A stretch of 15,864 nucleotides of DNA from Oligoflexales bacterium (lineage in GTDB: Bacteria > Bdellovibrionota_B > Oligoflexia > Oligoflexales > RGVZ01). The position numbers and the translations under genes were made by a program. The stretch spans positions 1-15,864 of the forward strand of contig JBIIGV010000067.1 of assembly GCA_044236265.1 (NCBI GenBank), given 5' to 3'. The notes beneath the pieces were generated by a model that saw only the letters and a program-made list of their open reading frames with translations, made no database searches and was not told the DNA's origin. Shown piece by piece: positions 7,157 to 14,962 of this stretch. The stretch's first letter is position 1. Every line of letters begins with the position of its first letter.

Positions 7157-8713
7157 ATGGAAATCACAAGACGTATTCGCGAAAACATTCACGGCACCAT
7201 TAACGTATCCGCGTTTGAAGACTTGGTCATTAGCCATCCGATGGTGCAAAGACTTCGACGCATCAAGCAACTAGCTTTCTTGCAATATGTCTTCCCTGGG
7301 GCTAGTCACAGTCGATTCGAACACAGCCTGGGGGTCATGCATCTTGCTGGAGTAGCTTGGAATAAACTTTATGAGAATCAAAAGGCGCTACGACACGCGA
7401 CAAAAAAATATGATGATTTTGCAAATATTGAGCGAACAACTGGCAAAGACCCTGGATCTCACGGGTTGCTCCACCCAACATTTGGAATGATCGACGAGAT
7501 CTTTGGCGATGAGTACCCTCTTCAAGCATTAAGACTTGCCGCCCTTTTGCACGATATTGGACACTCACCCTTTTCCCACAGCGGAGAGGGATTTATGCCA
7601 ACCTGGCAGCAAATGTTTGACGCCAGACATGAGTTCCCTACCTATATTGCAGCTTATATTGAGGGAAAATGTCAGAGCTGGAGTGCCAAAGGCCGATCGC
7701 CATCTGAGGTTCAGGTTCGCCATGAACTGTACACACTTCTTGCTATTGATCGCGTTTTAGCTGATGTCTACCGCGAGAATCCAAAAATCAAGGGACCCAA
7801 AGTAACGGCTCAAGATATCGCCTCGATTATCGCCCCCGAAATACCGCCTTCGAAAAACAGCCCACTTTGGAAGTACGGGATCCACCAGCTCTGTCATGAA
7901 TTAGTTTCTGGAGAGTTTGACGTGGATCGCATGGACTACCTTTTGCGCGATAGCCGTGAGTGCGGGGTCGTTTACGGAATTTTCGATGAAAGTCGCATTC
8001 TCAATTCTCTTGCAGTGTATTGGGACGACTCCGGCCAGTCTCTCCACTTAGCAATCCAGTTTTCAGGATTAGCTGCCTTCGAGGACTACCTGCGCGCCCG
8101 GCACTCCATGTACCTACAGCTTTATTTCCACAAAACCTCAGTTGCAGCCGAGGCTATGATCAAAAAAATCACCACAATGCTACGCGGCTGGACGCTGCCC
8201 TTAAATGTTGATGAGTATGCCGCCATAGATGAGCACAACATGCCTTCTATTTTACTGGAAGCAGCAAAATCACGAATCAAAGACTCCAGAGAGCTCGCCG
8301 ACTTCAATACGATAGTGTCCGACCTCATGTTTCACCGGAGACTTTGGAAAAGAGCGTTTGAAGTGGCATCCAACACTGGACGATCGACTGGAATTGAAAG
8401 CATTGATGAGGCTGCAACTGTGATCGCTGGTCTTGGTTTAAAGTTCGAAAAGGTTTCCAGTAGTAACTCACTCACAAGATTTCGACCCAGATCAGCCAAC
8501 GAGCCCAGCAAACACTCTTTGCGCCTCATTAAAAAAGATGATTTCCAATTCCCACGAGTCATCCCAATCGAGGATCAAATGAGTCTTATTGATCAAAACT
8601 CGCAAATTCACATAACCCGTCTTTATGTGGAAAATCACAAAGACCCCTCTTCGGGACGCGCATCAGTTGACATCGTCCGAGAGGAACTGCAAAAGTTGAT
8701 CAGATCGCACTGA
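7157..8713 (+). CDS. HD-domain phosphohydrolase, SAMHD1/dNTP triphosphohydrolase-like (COG1078 type)
   Basis: Motifs QRLRRIKQL, ASHSRFEHSLG, LLHDIGHSPFSH, DVDRMDYLLRDS and MYLQLYFHK. Starts 34 nt after pyrD with an AAGGA SD. Confidence 0.9.
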   Translation: MEITRRIRENIHGTINVSAFEDLVISHPMVQRLRRIKQLAFLQYVFPGASHSRFEHSLGVMHLAGVAWNKLYENQKALRHATKKYDDFANIERTTGKDPGSHGLLHPTFGMIDEIFGDEYPLQALRLAALLHDIGHSPFSHSGEGFMPTWQQMFDARHEFPTYIAAYIEGKCQSWSAKGRSPSEVQVRHELYTLLAIDRVLADVYRENPKIKGPKVTAQDIASIIAPEIPPSKNSPLWKYGIHQLCHELVSGEFDVDRMDYLLRDSRECGVVYGIFDESRILNSLAVYWDDSGQSLHLAIQFSGLAAFEDYLRARHSMYLQLYFHKTSVAAEAMIKKITTMLRGWTLPLNVDEYAAIDEHNMPSILLEAAKSRIKDSRELADFNTIVSDLMFHRRLWKRAFEVASNTGRSTGIESIDEAATVIAGLGLKFEKVSSSNSLTRFRPRSANEPSKHSLRLIKKDDFQFPRVIPIEDQMSLIDQNSQIHITRLYVENHKDPSSGRASVDIVREELQKLIRSH

Positions 8714-8724
8714 AGATTAATGTT

Positions 8725-11028
8725 TTATTTCGCGGAAGATGACCCAGATTCTTTCGCCATCATCAGGAACTTGACACACTCGCGGGCCGACGTCTCATCA
8801 TAACCATAGCGAGACTCCAACTCGGCAAGCGTGGAACGAGCAGCTACCAATTGCTTTTCTGAAAACTGCCGTTGGTTGTCTGTACCCAGAGCTAAGACGG
8901 CCTTTAAATTTGCCTCAATCAATCGTGACTTTTCCTGGTAGTAGTGATCTTTGATCATCTGTAAATGATCGAAAAATATAACGCTGTAATCGATTTTTGC
9001 CTTGGGGTTATCTATTTTATAGCCAGCGATTCGCGCCAGAAGACTTTCTCTAAACCGACCGGGATCACCACTTGCAACTCCAAGAATCGTCTCAACATCT
9101 TTCATCAGCATCTCTGACGGCGACTCTGAACCTTCTGTTTTTCTATTGAAGATTTTTTCCTTTTTAACAAATGCAACCGCATGCTCAACATAACGAGCCA
9201 AAAGCTGGTCATACTGACCTTCTTCAACGAGGTTCATAGCTCCCAGAACCTCATCTTCAAATGTGTTAGCAAACCAATCGCGCACATTTCGGATAAAATA
9301 TGCGGCATCGTGATATTTGTTGCGTGACTCGAACTGCAGAAAGTCATAGACGCTACGATCTTTAAGCAAGCGCTCCAGCTCAGAAAAAATCGCCATCGGC
9401 GTCACTGTTTTGTTGGAGGATTCCTCGGCGACACGATATAAAAGTGCACGCACCTCCCGAGGCGATGCGCCAAATCGGCCCTCATAAATGACATTACCGA
9501 CAGACTCACCGAGAATGAGCGATCTAATCTGCTTCAGAAGAATCTGATCTGCGGCAACATATGCTTCACCTAAAGGCCTATGATCATAAAGCATCGCCTT
9601 CGCAAAAGGCTCAAGGCGATTAATGACGCCGCGCAGTTCATTCGGATACATTTCAGGATCGGGGTGTTTAAGCCGAGTCAGGACAGCCCAAAGGCATAAA
9701 GCTTCGACCGCGTGGGGAGCAATTTTCTTTGACTTACTGATTGCTGCAACATCTTTTTGATAAATTTTTGTCTCTTCGGAAACCTTCAACAAATACGGAA
9801 CGGTTACCAGTTCAAACCGACCCCTAAACGAGCTGAAGTCTGGAAGGGTTTTGAATGCGTCGAGATGCTTCTCGTTTGCTGTCGCAAAAAAGACGACATC
9901 CAGGTTCTGTGTCGCCGATGGAAGCCCCAGCGTCGCTCGCTCAACTGTCGTCAAAAGATATTTAAATGCCTCTAGTGGACGCTTGAGTAAGTCACTAAAT
10001 TCTAGAATACCTCGGTTAGCTTCGACAATTTCTCCAATTGACTCAGTAAAACGGATGTTATGCAAAACCGCTGGGAGGTTTGAAATATTTCGGTCCATCG
10101 TCAACTGCTTCTCGGTTGCATCCATGGACATTTGAGGTTCAACGGTCGATATCCCAATCCGGTATTGTCGCGAATAGAAAAACCGCTCCACCTGAATGTG
10201 ACGATAAACTTTTTCAACTTCGCCATCATATGCGGCAAGAAGATTTTCGAAAATTAGCTGATTTCTCTTGCTTAGTCCCGAAAGCAATATATGCGGCGGC
10301 AGTTCGACAGCGTCCGGAGATATGCCCTCCTGCTCAGCCACAAATCTCCTCAGAACAGACTCCCGAAAAGGCATTGGAATCAGAAATAGTGGATTCTCTT
10401 TGAATTCACTTTGGAGCTTACTGGAAATCTGGTTGTCATCTAGAAACGCGTAGCTCTCATCGCGATTACGCCCATCATCATAGCGCGCCGCAAATCCGAT
10501 TGGACCCGATTCCCCACTGACAGCGCGCGGAGTTGCCCCTTTATCAACTGGGAAAATCCAATTGAATCGGTAAACCGCACCCTCGTCCGTCTCGCTATAC
10601 TTTTGCATTCCATGGGCAATCGCTTCGATCGTCGATGACTTGGCCGAACCATTCGGACCATGAAGAAAAATCACCTTATTGGCAACTCCCTGTCTGACAA
10701 AAGCCTGCAGAATCCGAAATATGTCCAGCTGGACCATCTCTCCACCGACTATTGGAACCCTTTTTTCAGTTCCGATGTCGAATAATTTGAAACGAGGCAA
10801 GTCATCAATCTGCTCAACGCTCTTGGAGTCTATTTCTTTTGCAGACTTAAGCTCTCCGAAGTGTTTGAAACTATCACGCACATACTCGGCAGAATTACGC
10901 ATCAGAAGCCTTGGCTTATGCTTGACCAGATCCATAAATTGATCGAAAGAGAGCAGACTCTGACGCTCTTTAAAGATACGCTTCACATCCTGGGACAGGT
11001 CTTTGATCATATGGTCTTTGCTGTTCAT
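8725..11028 (-). CDS. prkA: PrkA/YeaG-family AAA+ ATPase / serine protein kinase
   Basis: 767 aa with Walker A-like LHGPNGSAKSS, EANRGILEFSDLLKRP, ANEKHL, VPYLL and EGRFGASPRE, all typical of the PrkA family. Confidence 0.88.
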   Translation of the reverse strand: MNSKDHMIKDLSQDVKRIFKERQSLLSFDQFMDLVKHKPRLLMRNSAEYVRDSFKHFGELKSAKEIDSKSVEQIDDLPRFKLFDIGTEKRVPIVGGEMVQLDIFRILQAFVRQGVANKVIFLHGPNGSAKSSTIEAIAHGMQKYSETDEGAVYRFNWIFPVDKGATPRAVSGESGPIGFAARYDDGRNRDESYAFLDDNQISSKLQSEFKENPLFLIPMPFRESVLRRFVAEQEGISPDAVELPPHILLSGLSKRNQLIFENLLAAYDGEVEKVYRHIQVERFFYSRQYRIGISTVEPQMSMDATEKQLTMDRNISNLPAVLHNIRFTESIGEIVEANRGILEFSDLLKRPLEAFKYLLTTVERATLGLPSATQNLDVVFFATANEKHLDAFKTLPDFSSFRGRFELVTVPYLLKVSEETKIYQKDVAAISKSKKIAPHAVEALCLWAVLTRLKHPDPEMYPNELRGVINRLEPFAKAMLYDHRPLGEAYVAADQILLKQIRSLILGESVGNVIYEGRFGASPREVRALLYRVAEESSNKTVTPMAIFSELERLLKDRSVYDFLQFESRNKYHDAAYFIRNVRDWFANTFEDEVLGAMNLVEEGQYDQLLARYVEHAVAFVKKEKIFNRKTEGSESPSEMLMKDVETILGVASGDPGRFRESLLARIAGYKIDNPKAKIDYSVIFFDHLQMIKDHYYQEKSRLIEANLKAVLALGTDNQRQFSEKQLVAARSTLAELESRYGYDETSARECVKFLMMAKESGSSSAK

Positions 11029-11393
11029 ACTGCGATCAACTTTCTGATAGTTTCGGTTATCAACCTTAAGTCTCTAATTGGCTTTTCCAAAACGTCTGTA
11101 CCGCCGGCTTTCAGCGCATTTAGCACGTCATCATCGTTTCGTGACAACCCGGTGACAAGAAGAATTGGCACTAACGGGTTAACCGCCCTAATGGATTTCA
11201 CCACATCCACCCCGCCCATCTCCGGCATTCCTAGATCGGTTAAAATCAACCTTATCTCTGGGTTTGCTGCCTTTGTTATCGCCAACATAGGGTTTGTAAA
11301 ACTCTCTACTGCATAATCATCGATCAACGTTATTTCGAGAACGTCAATAAAATCGGGCTCGTCATCAATAATAAGCAGCAGCGGCTTGTCCAT
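11025..11393 (-). CDS. Single-domain response regulator (CheY-like receiver)
   Basis: 122 aa with LIIDDE, LTDLGMPEMGG (phospho-Asp), LVTG and KP. Its stop overlaps the prkA start (ATGA). Confidence 0.93.
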   Translation of the reverse strand: MDKPLLLIIDDEPDFIDVLEITLIDDYAVESFTNPMLAITKAANPEIRLILTDLGMPEMGGVDVVKSIRAVNPLVPILLVTGLSRNDDDVLNALKAGGTDVLEKPIRDLRLITETIRKLIAV

Positions 11394-11474
11394 GCTCTTA
11401 TTGTAACCTCTTTTCTTAATTCACCGGCAGACTTGCGCGACATGGCGCCGAAAAGCAACTTGGGATGGGAAAAT

Positions 11475-11503
11475 TTGCCGGCCACAGGCTGTCATGGTAA
11501 ACT
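11475..11503 (+). promoter_or_regulatory. Probable sigma70 promoter of the PIN-PhoH gene
   Basis: TTGCCG-17 nt-TAAACT with a TGn extended -10. An AGAGGA SD precedes the ATG at 11567. Confidence 0.45.
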
Positions 11504-11566
11504 CCTAAGAACGCTTGAAAAGGTCCAGAATTTTAAAAGATTTACAAAAAAGAGGATCCTCACCTC

Positions 11567-12895
11567 ATGAAGAAAACGTTTATCATCGACACCAATATCC
11601 TTCTGAACAACCCTGCCAGTATTTTCAAGTTCGATGACAACGACGTAGTGATACCAATCTCAGTCATTGAAGAAGTGGACACTTTCAAAAAAGATTTGAG
11701 CGAAACTGGTCGCAACGCTCGCGAAGTCAGTCGTATTTTGGATCGTCTTAGAGAGCGCGGGACTCTTTCAGCGGGAATTCCATTATTTGACGGACGACAA
11801 GATAGTGGCCGCCTTTTTGTGAATCTCGGGGCTGATTACGAATTAGTCGGACGATTGGCGCAAAATACAGATAACCAAATTCTTGCGGTTGCGCTGACGC
11901 TTCAGAAACAGCATGGAAACACGCGCAATGTCGTGATCATCACTAAGGACTCAAACCTCAGGATAAAAGCCGACGCATTCAATATCTCAGCAGAAGACTT
12001 TGAGGCCGATAAAGTCGACATAAGTCACCTGTACAAAGGCATCTCCACGATGCGGGTTTCATCGGACGTGATTAATGAGTTTTATTCTCGTCGAGAAATC
12101 AAAATGGACGACAAAGGACTTTTCCCCAATCAATTTGTAATCCTTGAAGATGAGTCCGATCCAAACCAATTTGTTTACGGCATGTACGATGGTCAAGATC
12201 GAATCCTTCGCATGCTAGATCCTCACAGTGAGGGCGTTTGGGGAATTTACCCAAGAAATATTGAACAGACGTTTGCGCTCGAGGCACTTCTTGACGACAA
12301 CATCAAATTGGTCACTTTGAGTGGTGGAGCAGGTACTGGAAAAACATTGATGGCCATTGCAGCTGGCCTATCAAAAACAACGGATGACGATGAATATCAC
12401 AAGCTACTGGTTGCGAGACCTATTTTCCCACTTGGAAAAGACATTGGCTTTCTTCCCGGTGACCTGGACGAAAAACTGAATCCATGGATGCAACCGATTT
12501 TTGACAATTTGGAATTGCTACTCAGCGGTGGCCAGCAAGGCAGAACCAAGCGCTTCAGCAAAAGCTATCAGGAGCTAATCAATCAAGGCATGCTTGCGGT
12601 CGAGCCTTTGACTTACATCCGCGGACGCAGTCTGCCTAATCAGTTCTTCGTCGTGGACGAGGCTCAAAACCTTACGCCACACGAAATTAAAACGATCCTG
12701 ACTCGCGCGGGGGAAGGCACAAAAATCGTTCTCACGGGCGATCCTTACCAAATCGACAACCCGTATATTGATAGCGAAAATAACGGTCTTACATACGTGA
12801 TAGAGAAATTTAAGTCGGAGAGGATTGCTGCTCACATCACATTTAATCGCGGTGAGCGTAGCGAATTGGCAACGCTGGCTGCAGCCCTATTGTGA
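11567..12895 (+). CDS. PIN-PhoH (PhoH2/YlaK-type) protein: PIN nuclease domain plus PhoH ATPase/helicase domain
   Basis: PIN motifs IIDTNILL, VIEEVD, TDNQIL and ITKDSNLRIKA. PhoH motifs GGAGTGKTL, IGFLPGDLDEK, YIRGRS, DEAQNLT, TRAGEGTKIVLTGD and RS. Confidence 0.93.
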   Translation: MKKTFIIDTNILLNNPASIFKFDDNDVVIPISVIEEVDTFKKDLSETGRNAREVSRILDRLRERGTLSAGIPLFDGRQDSGRLFVNLGADYELVGRLAQNTDNQILAVALTLQKQHGNTRNVVIITKDSNLRIKADAFNISAEDFEADKVDISHLYKGISTMRVSSDVINEFYSRREIKMDDKGLFPNQFVILEDESDPNQFVYGMYDGQDRILRMLDPHSEGVWGIYPRNIEQTFALEALLDDNIKLVTLSGGAGTGKTLMAIAAGLSKTTDDDEYHKLLVARPIFPLGKDIGFLPGDLDEKLNPWMQPIFDNLELLLSGGQQGRTKRFSKSYQELINQGMLAVEPLTYIRGRSLPNQFFVVDEAQNLTPHEIKTILTRAGEGTKIVLTGDPYQIDNPYIDSENNGLTYVIEKFKSERIAAHITFNRGERSELATLAAALL

Positions 12896-13119
12896 GATAG
12901 TGGAAAATCTAAATTCCGGAGAAATCGGCCCATAACGAGATCATAGCTTGAACAGCGCAGGCATGCCGCTTTCTTAACGCCCTGAAATCTATGGACAAAT
13001 GAAGAAATGCATCGGGAACCTTCTGATTTTCCGGGCTTTTCAATGCCTACCCGTTTGTGCTAGCCTTGGAGACTCAGTGGTCAGTCTCCACTTTCTTTAA
13101 CCTCATGAGGAGTCGTTTT

Positions 13120-13593
13120 TTGCAAGTTATCAATCGTGCTGCAGCCCGCAATTACACCAAAGTCCGCCTAGTTGGCGAAGAATCAAATGAAATCGTATCC
13201 GTCCTGGAAGCTTTGTCTCGCGCTGAAGAGGCGGGACTCGACCTTGTCATGATCAGTGACAAAGGTGACTTCCCTGTTATGCGAGTTCAGGACTTCAAAA
13301 AAGTTCAGTACGAACTGAAAAAGTCCAAGAAAAAACAGATTGTGCAAGAGTTGAAAGAAATTCAGCTCAAACTGAACATCGCCGATCACGACTTCCATAC
13401 AAAAATGAATGCCATCGAAAAATTTCTTAGTCGCGGCGACAAGGTGAAAGTGGTGGTTCGACTCAAAGGACGTGAAAGAGAGAACCCAGAACGCGCGCGT
13501 GCGCTCCTGGAAAAAGTCATCACGGGAACAAAATGCAAAGCAAGCCATGTTCCAGGACCGATCACCATGGCCATTCTGGAACCAGTTAAATAA
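13120..13593 (+). CDS. infC: Translation initiation factor IF-3 (probable TTG start; the ORF track start at 13057 is probably too far upstream)
   Basis: Motifs IN...VRLV, AEEAGLDLV, PV..DF.K..YE, KEI, I..HD..TK and FL..GDKVKV...GRE. GAGGAG SD at 13107-13112 lies 7 nt before the in-frame TTG at 13120. Confidence 0.92.
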   Translation: MQVINRAAARNYTKVRLVGEESNEIVSVLEALSRAEEAGLDLVMISDKGDFPVMRVQDFKKVQYELKKSKKKQIVQELKEIQLKLNIADHDFHTKMNAIEKFLSRGDKVKVVVRLKGRERENPERARALLEKVITGTKCKASHVPGPITMAILEPVK

Positions 13594-13619
13594 TCTGCCC
13601 TTCAATCCCATCAAAAATC

Positions 13620-13649
13620 ACCCATGGATCTAAATTCCATGGGTTTTTT
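13620..13649 (+). terminator. Rho-independent terminator after infC
   Basis: Stem ACCCATGGA (13620-13628) / TCCATGGGT (13636-13644) followed by a T-run to 13649. Confidence 0.88.
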
Positions 13650-13737
13650 ACAGGCCTTGGGTCCCGAGGCTAAATTACCTTGTGCCAAGGATCAATTGCC
13701 TTAAAACCCCAAGTTTTTTGAGCATGATGCCCCTGAG

Positions 13738-13767
13738 TTGACATGACACCCGGAAGTGCTGTCTAAT
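13738..13767 (+). promoter_or_regulatory. Possible sigma70 promoter of the XRE-ImmA-like gene
   Basis: Perfect TTGACA (13738-13743), 18-nt spacer, TCTAAT. Confidence 0.35.
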
Positions 13768-13881
13768 TTCATAGAGAGAGATTTCACCACATTTAAAAAA
13801 AGCCAGCGGCAGGATGCTGTGGCCAAATCAATTGTCGCCAAACGGCTCGCGTCGTTTTTTGATACCAAGGAGGTAGTTGCG

Positions 13882-14784
13882 ATGAAGAAGATTGCCGAGA
13901 ACCGGTACCCACATTCGGCCACACTTTTCAAGTTCTGCAAAGAGGCTCTTGAGATTCGATATGAAGGCAATGTGAAGGTCATCGATCAGGACGTTGGCGC
14001 GATCCTCGGCTACGATCCAGCTGACTGCAGCCACTGGAAAAAAGGGAAAAAGAATATTCGCGCGCTTTCCACTCTTCGCACGATCGCAGACCACCTATCC
14101 ATCGACGAGAGACTATTGATTGATATCGCATCAGGGAAGGTCGGATTTGACGAGGCCGTATTCGAATATCGCGGTTATGGAGCCTTCGGTCTATCTGGAC
14201 GCACGAGCGAGAATCTAAAAAAGGAGTTCTTCAAAAACCCGACTCGCTACCAAGGGGAAAATACTCGAGCTACTTTCGAAGAGCTGTTTGACGTTGATCG
14301 TCCTAGCATTTCAAAAGCTGTCGACACCATTTTGGCTGCAGGTCGATTCGAGGAAGCTCCCATCTACATCCCTGAAATTTGCCAGCTCTTCCCGAACTTC
14401 GCAGTGACAGCTGATGCCACCACGTCCAAAACCATTGAAGTCAAAACGGAAGGTCATGGCGCGGACACGAAAGTCTCAGTTCTCTACAGCGGTAGCGAGA
14501 TGAGACCTTATTTGCGCTTCTTAGCAGCTCGCGAGTTATTCAAATATCTAGTAACAAGCGGAAACGGTCACGTGGCGCACCTCAGAGCTTGTCCAGACGA
14601 AGTTCTTGATATTCGAGCCAATCTTTTTGCTGGCTTACTTCTCATACCAGGCAAGATGCTACGTAAAGAAGTTGAGAAAGTTGACGCCTCACATGATATT
14701 GTCAGTCAGCTTTCAGAAACCTTCTGGGTATCAAAGGCTATGATGAATCAAAGACTTCGTGACTATATGGAAAACCTGACCTGA
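13882..14784 (+). CDS. XRE-type HTH fused to an ImmA/IrrE (DUF955)-like domain lacking the Zn-peptidase motif; probable regulator
   Basis: AGGAGG SD before the in-frame ATG at 13882 gives 300 aa. HTH segment DQDVGAILGYDPADCSHWKKGKK...LRTIADHLSID. C-terminal RFLAARELFKYL, ANLFAGLLLIP and LSETFWVSKAMMNQRL match the ImmA/IrrE fold. Confidence 0.8.
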   Translation: MKKIAENRYPHSATLFKFCKEALEIRYEGNVKVIDQDVGAILGYDPADCSHWKKGKKNIRALSTLRTIADHLSIDERLLIDIASGKVGFDEAVFEYRGYGAFGLSGRTSENLKKEFFKNPTRYQGENTRATFEELFDVDRPSISKAVDTILAAGRFEEAPIYIPEICQLFPNFAVTADATTSKTIEVKTEGHGADTKVSVLYSGSEMRPYLRFLAARELFKYLVTSGNGHVAHLRACPDEVLDIRANLFAGLLLIPGKMLRKEVEKVDASHDIVSQLSETFWVSKAMMNQRLRDYMENLT

Positions 14785-14803
14785 GTTCTCTTGATAACAC
14801 ATG

Positions 14804-14834
14804 AAAGCCAAAGGAGAAATCCTTTGGCTTTTTT
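14804..14834 (+). terminator. Rho-independent terminator
   Basis: 12-bp stem AAAGCCAAAGGA / TCCTTTGGCTTT with a GAAA loop and T-tract, about 20 nt after the stop. Confidence 0.92.
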
Positions 14835-14877
14835 GTTTTTATCAATCGATTCTAAAGTGCCAAGAACTTGCCCCTAT

Positions 14878-14904
14878 TCAAGTTCACCCTACAAGAGCCG
14901 ATCA
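14878..14904 (+). promoter_or_regulatory. Sigma28 (FliA)-type promoter
   Basis: TCAA(G)-N15-GCCGATCA against the consensus TAAA-N15-GCCGATAA, with exact spacing. It sits between a terminator and the ATG at 14963. Confidence 0.6.
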
Positions 14905-14962
14905 ACCCTAGGAATTCACATGTCAACCAGGTGAGCAATCTACGCGCTTCTAGGGATGGGTT

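Noticed and set aside
13057..13119. infC start at GTG 13057 as given in the ORF track
   Set aside because: It has no SD, the extension is not IF3-like, and the region resembles a promoter -10 (TGC-TAGCCT). The SD fits TTG 13120.
13756..13881. N-terminal 42-aa extension of the XRE-ImmA-like gene
   Set aside because: AGGAGG directly precedes ATG 13882, and GTG 13756 falls inside the putative promoter.
11567..14784. Prophage or toxin-antitoxin/defence island, suggested by PhoH, PIN and XRE-ImmA
   Set aside because: There is no integrase, structural gene, att site or cognate toxin/antitoxin, and the genes are interspersed with infC and individual terminators.
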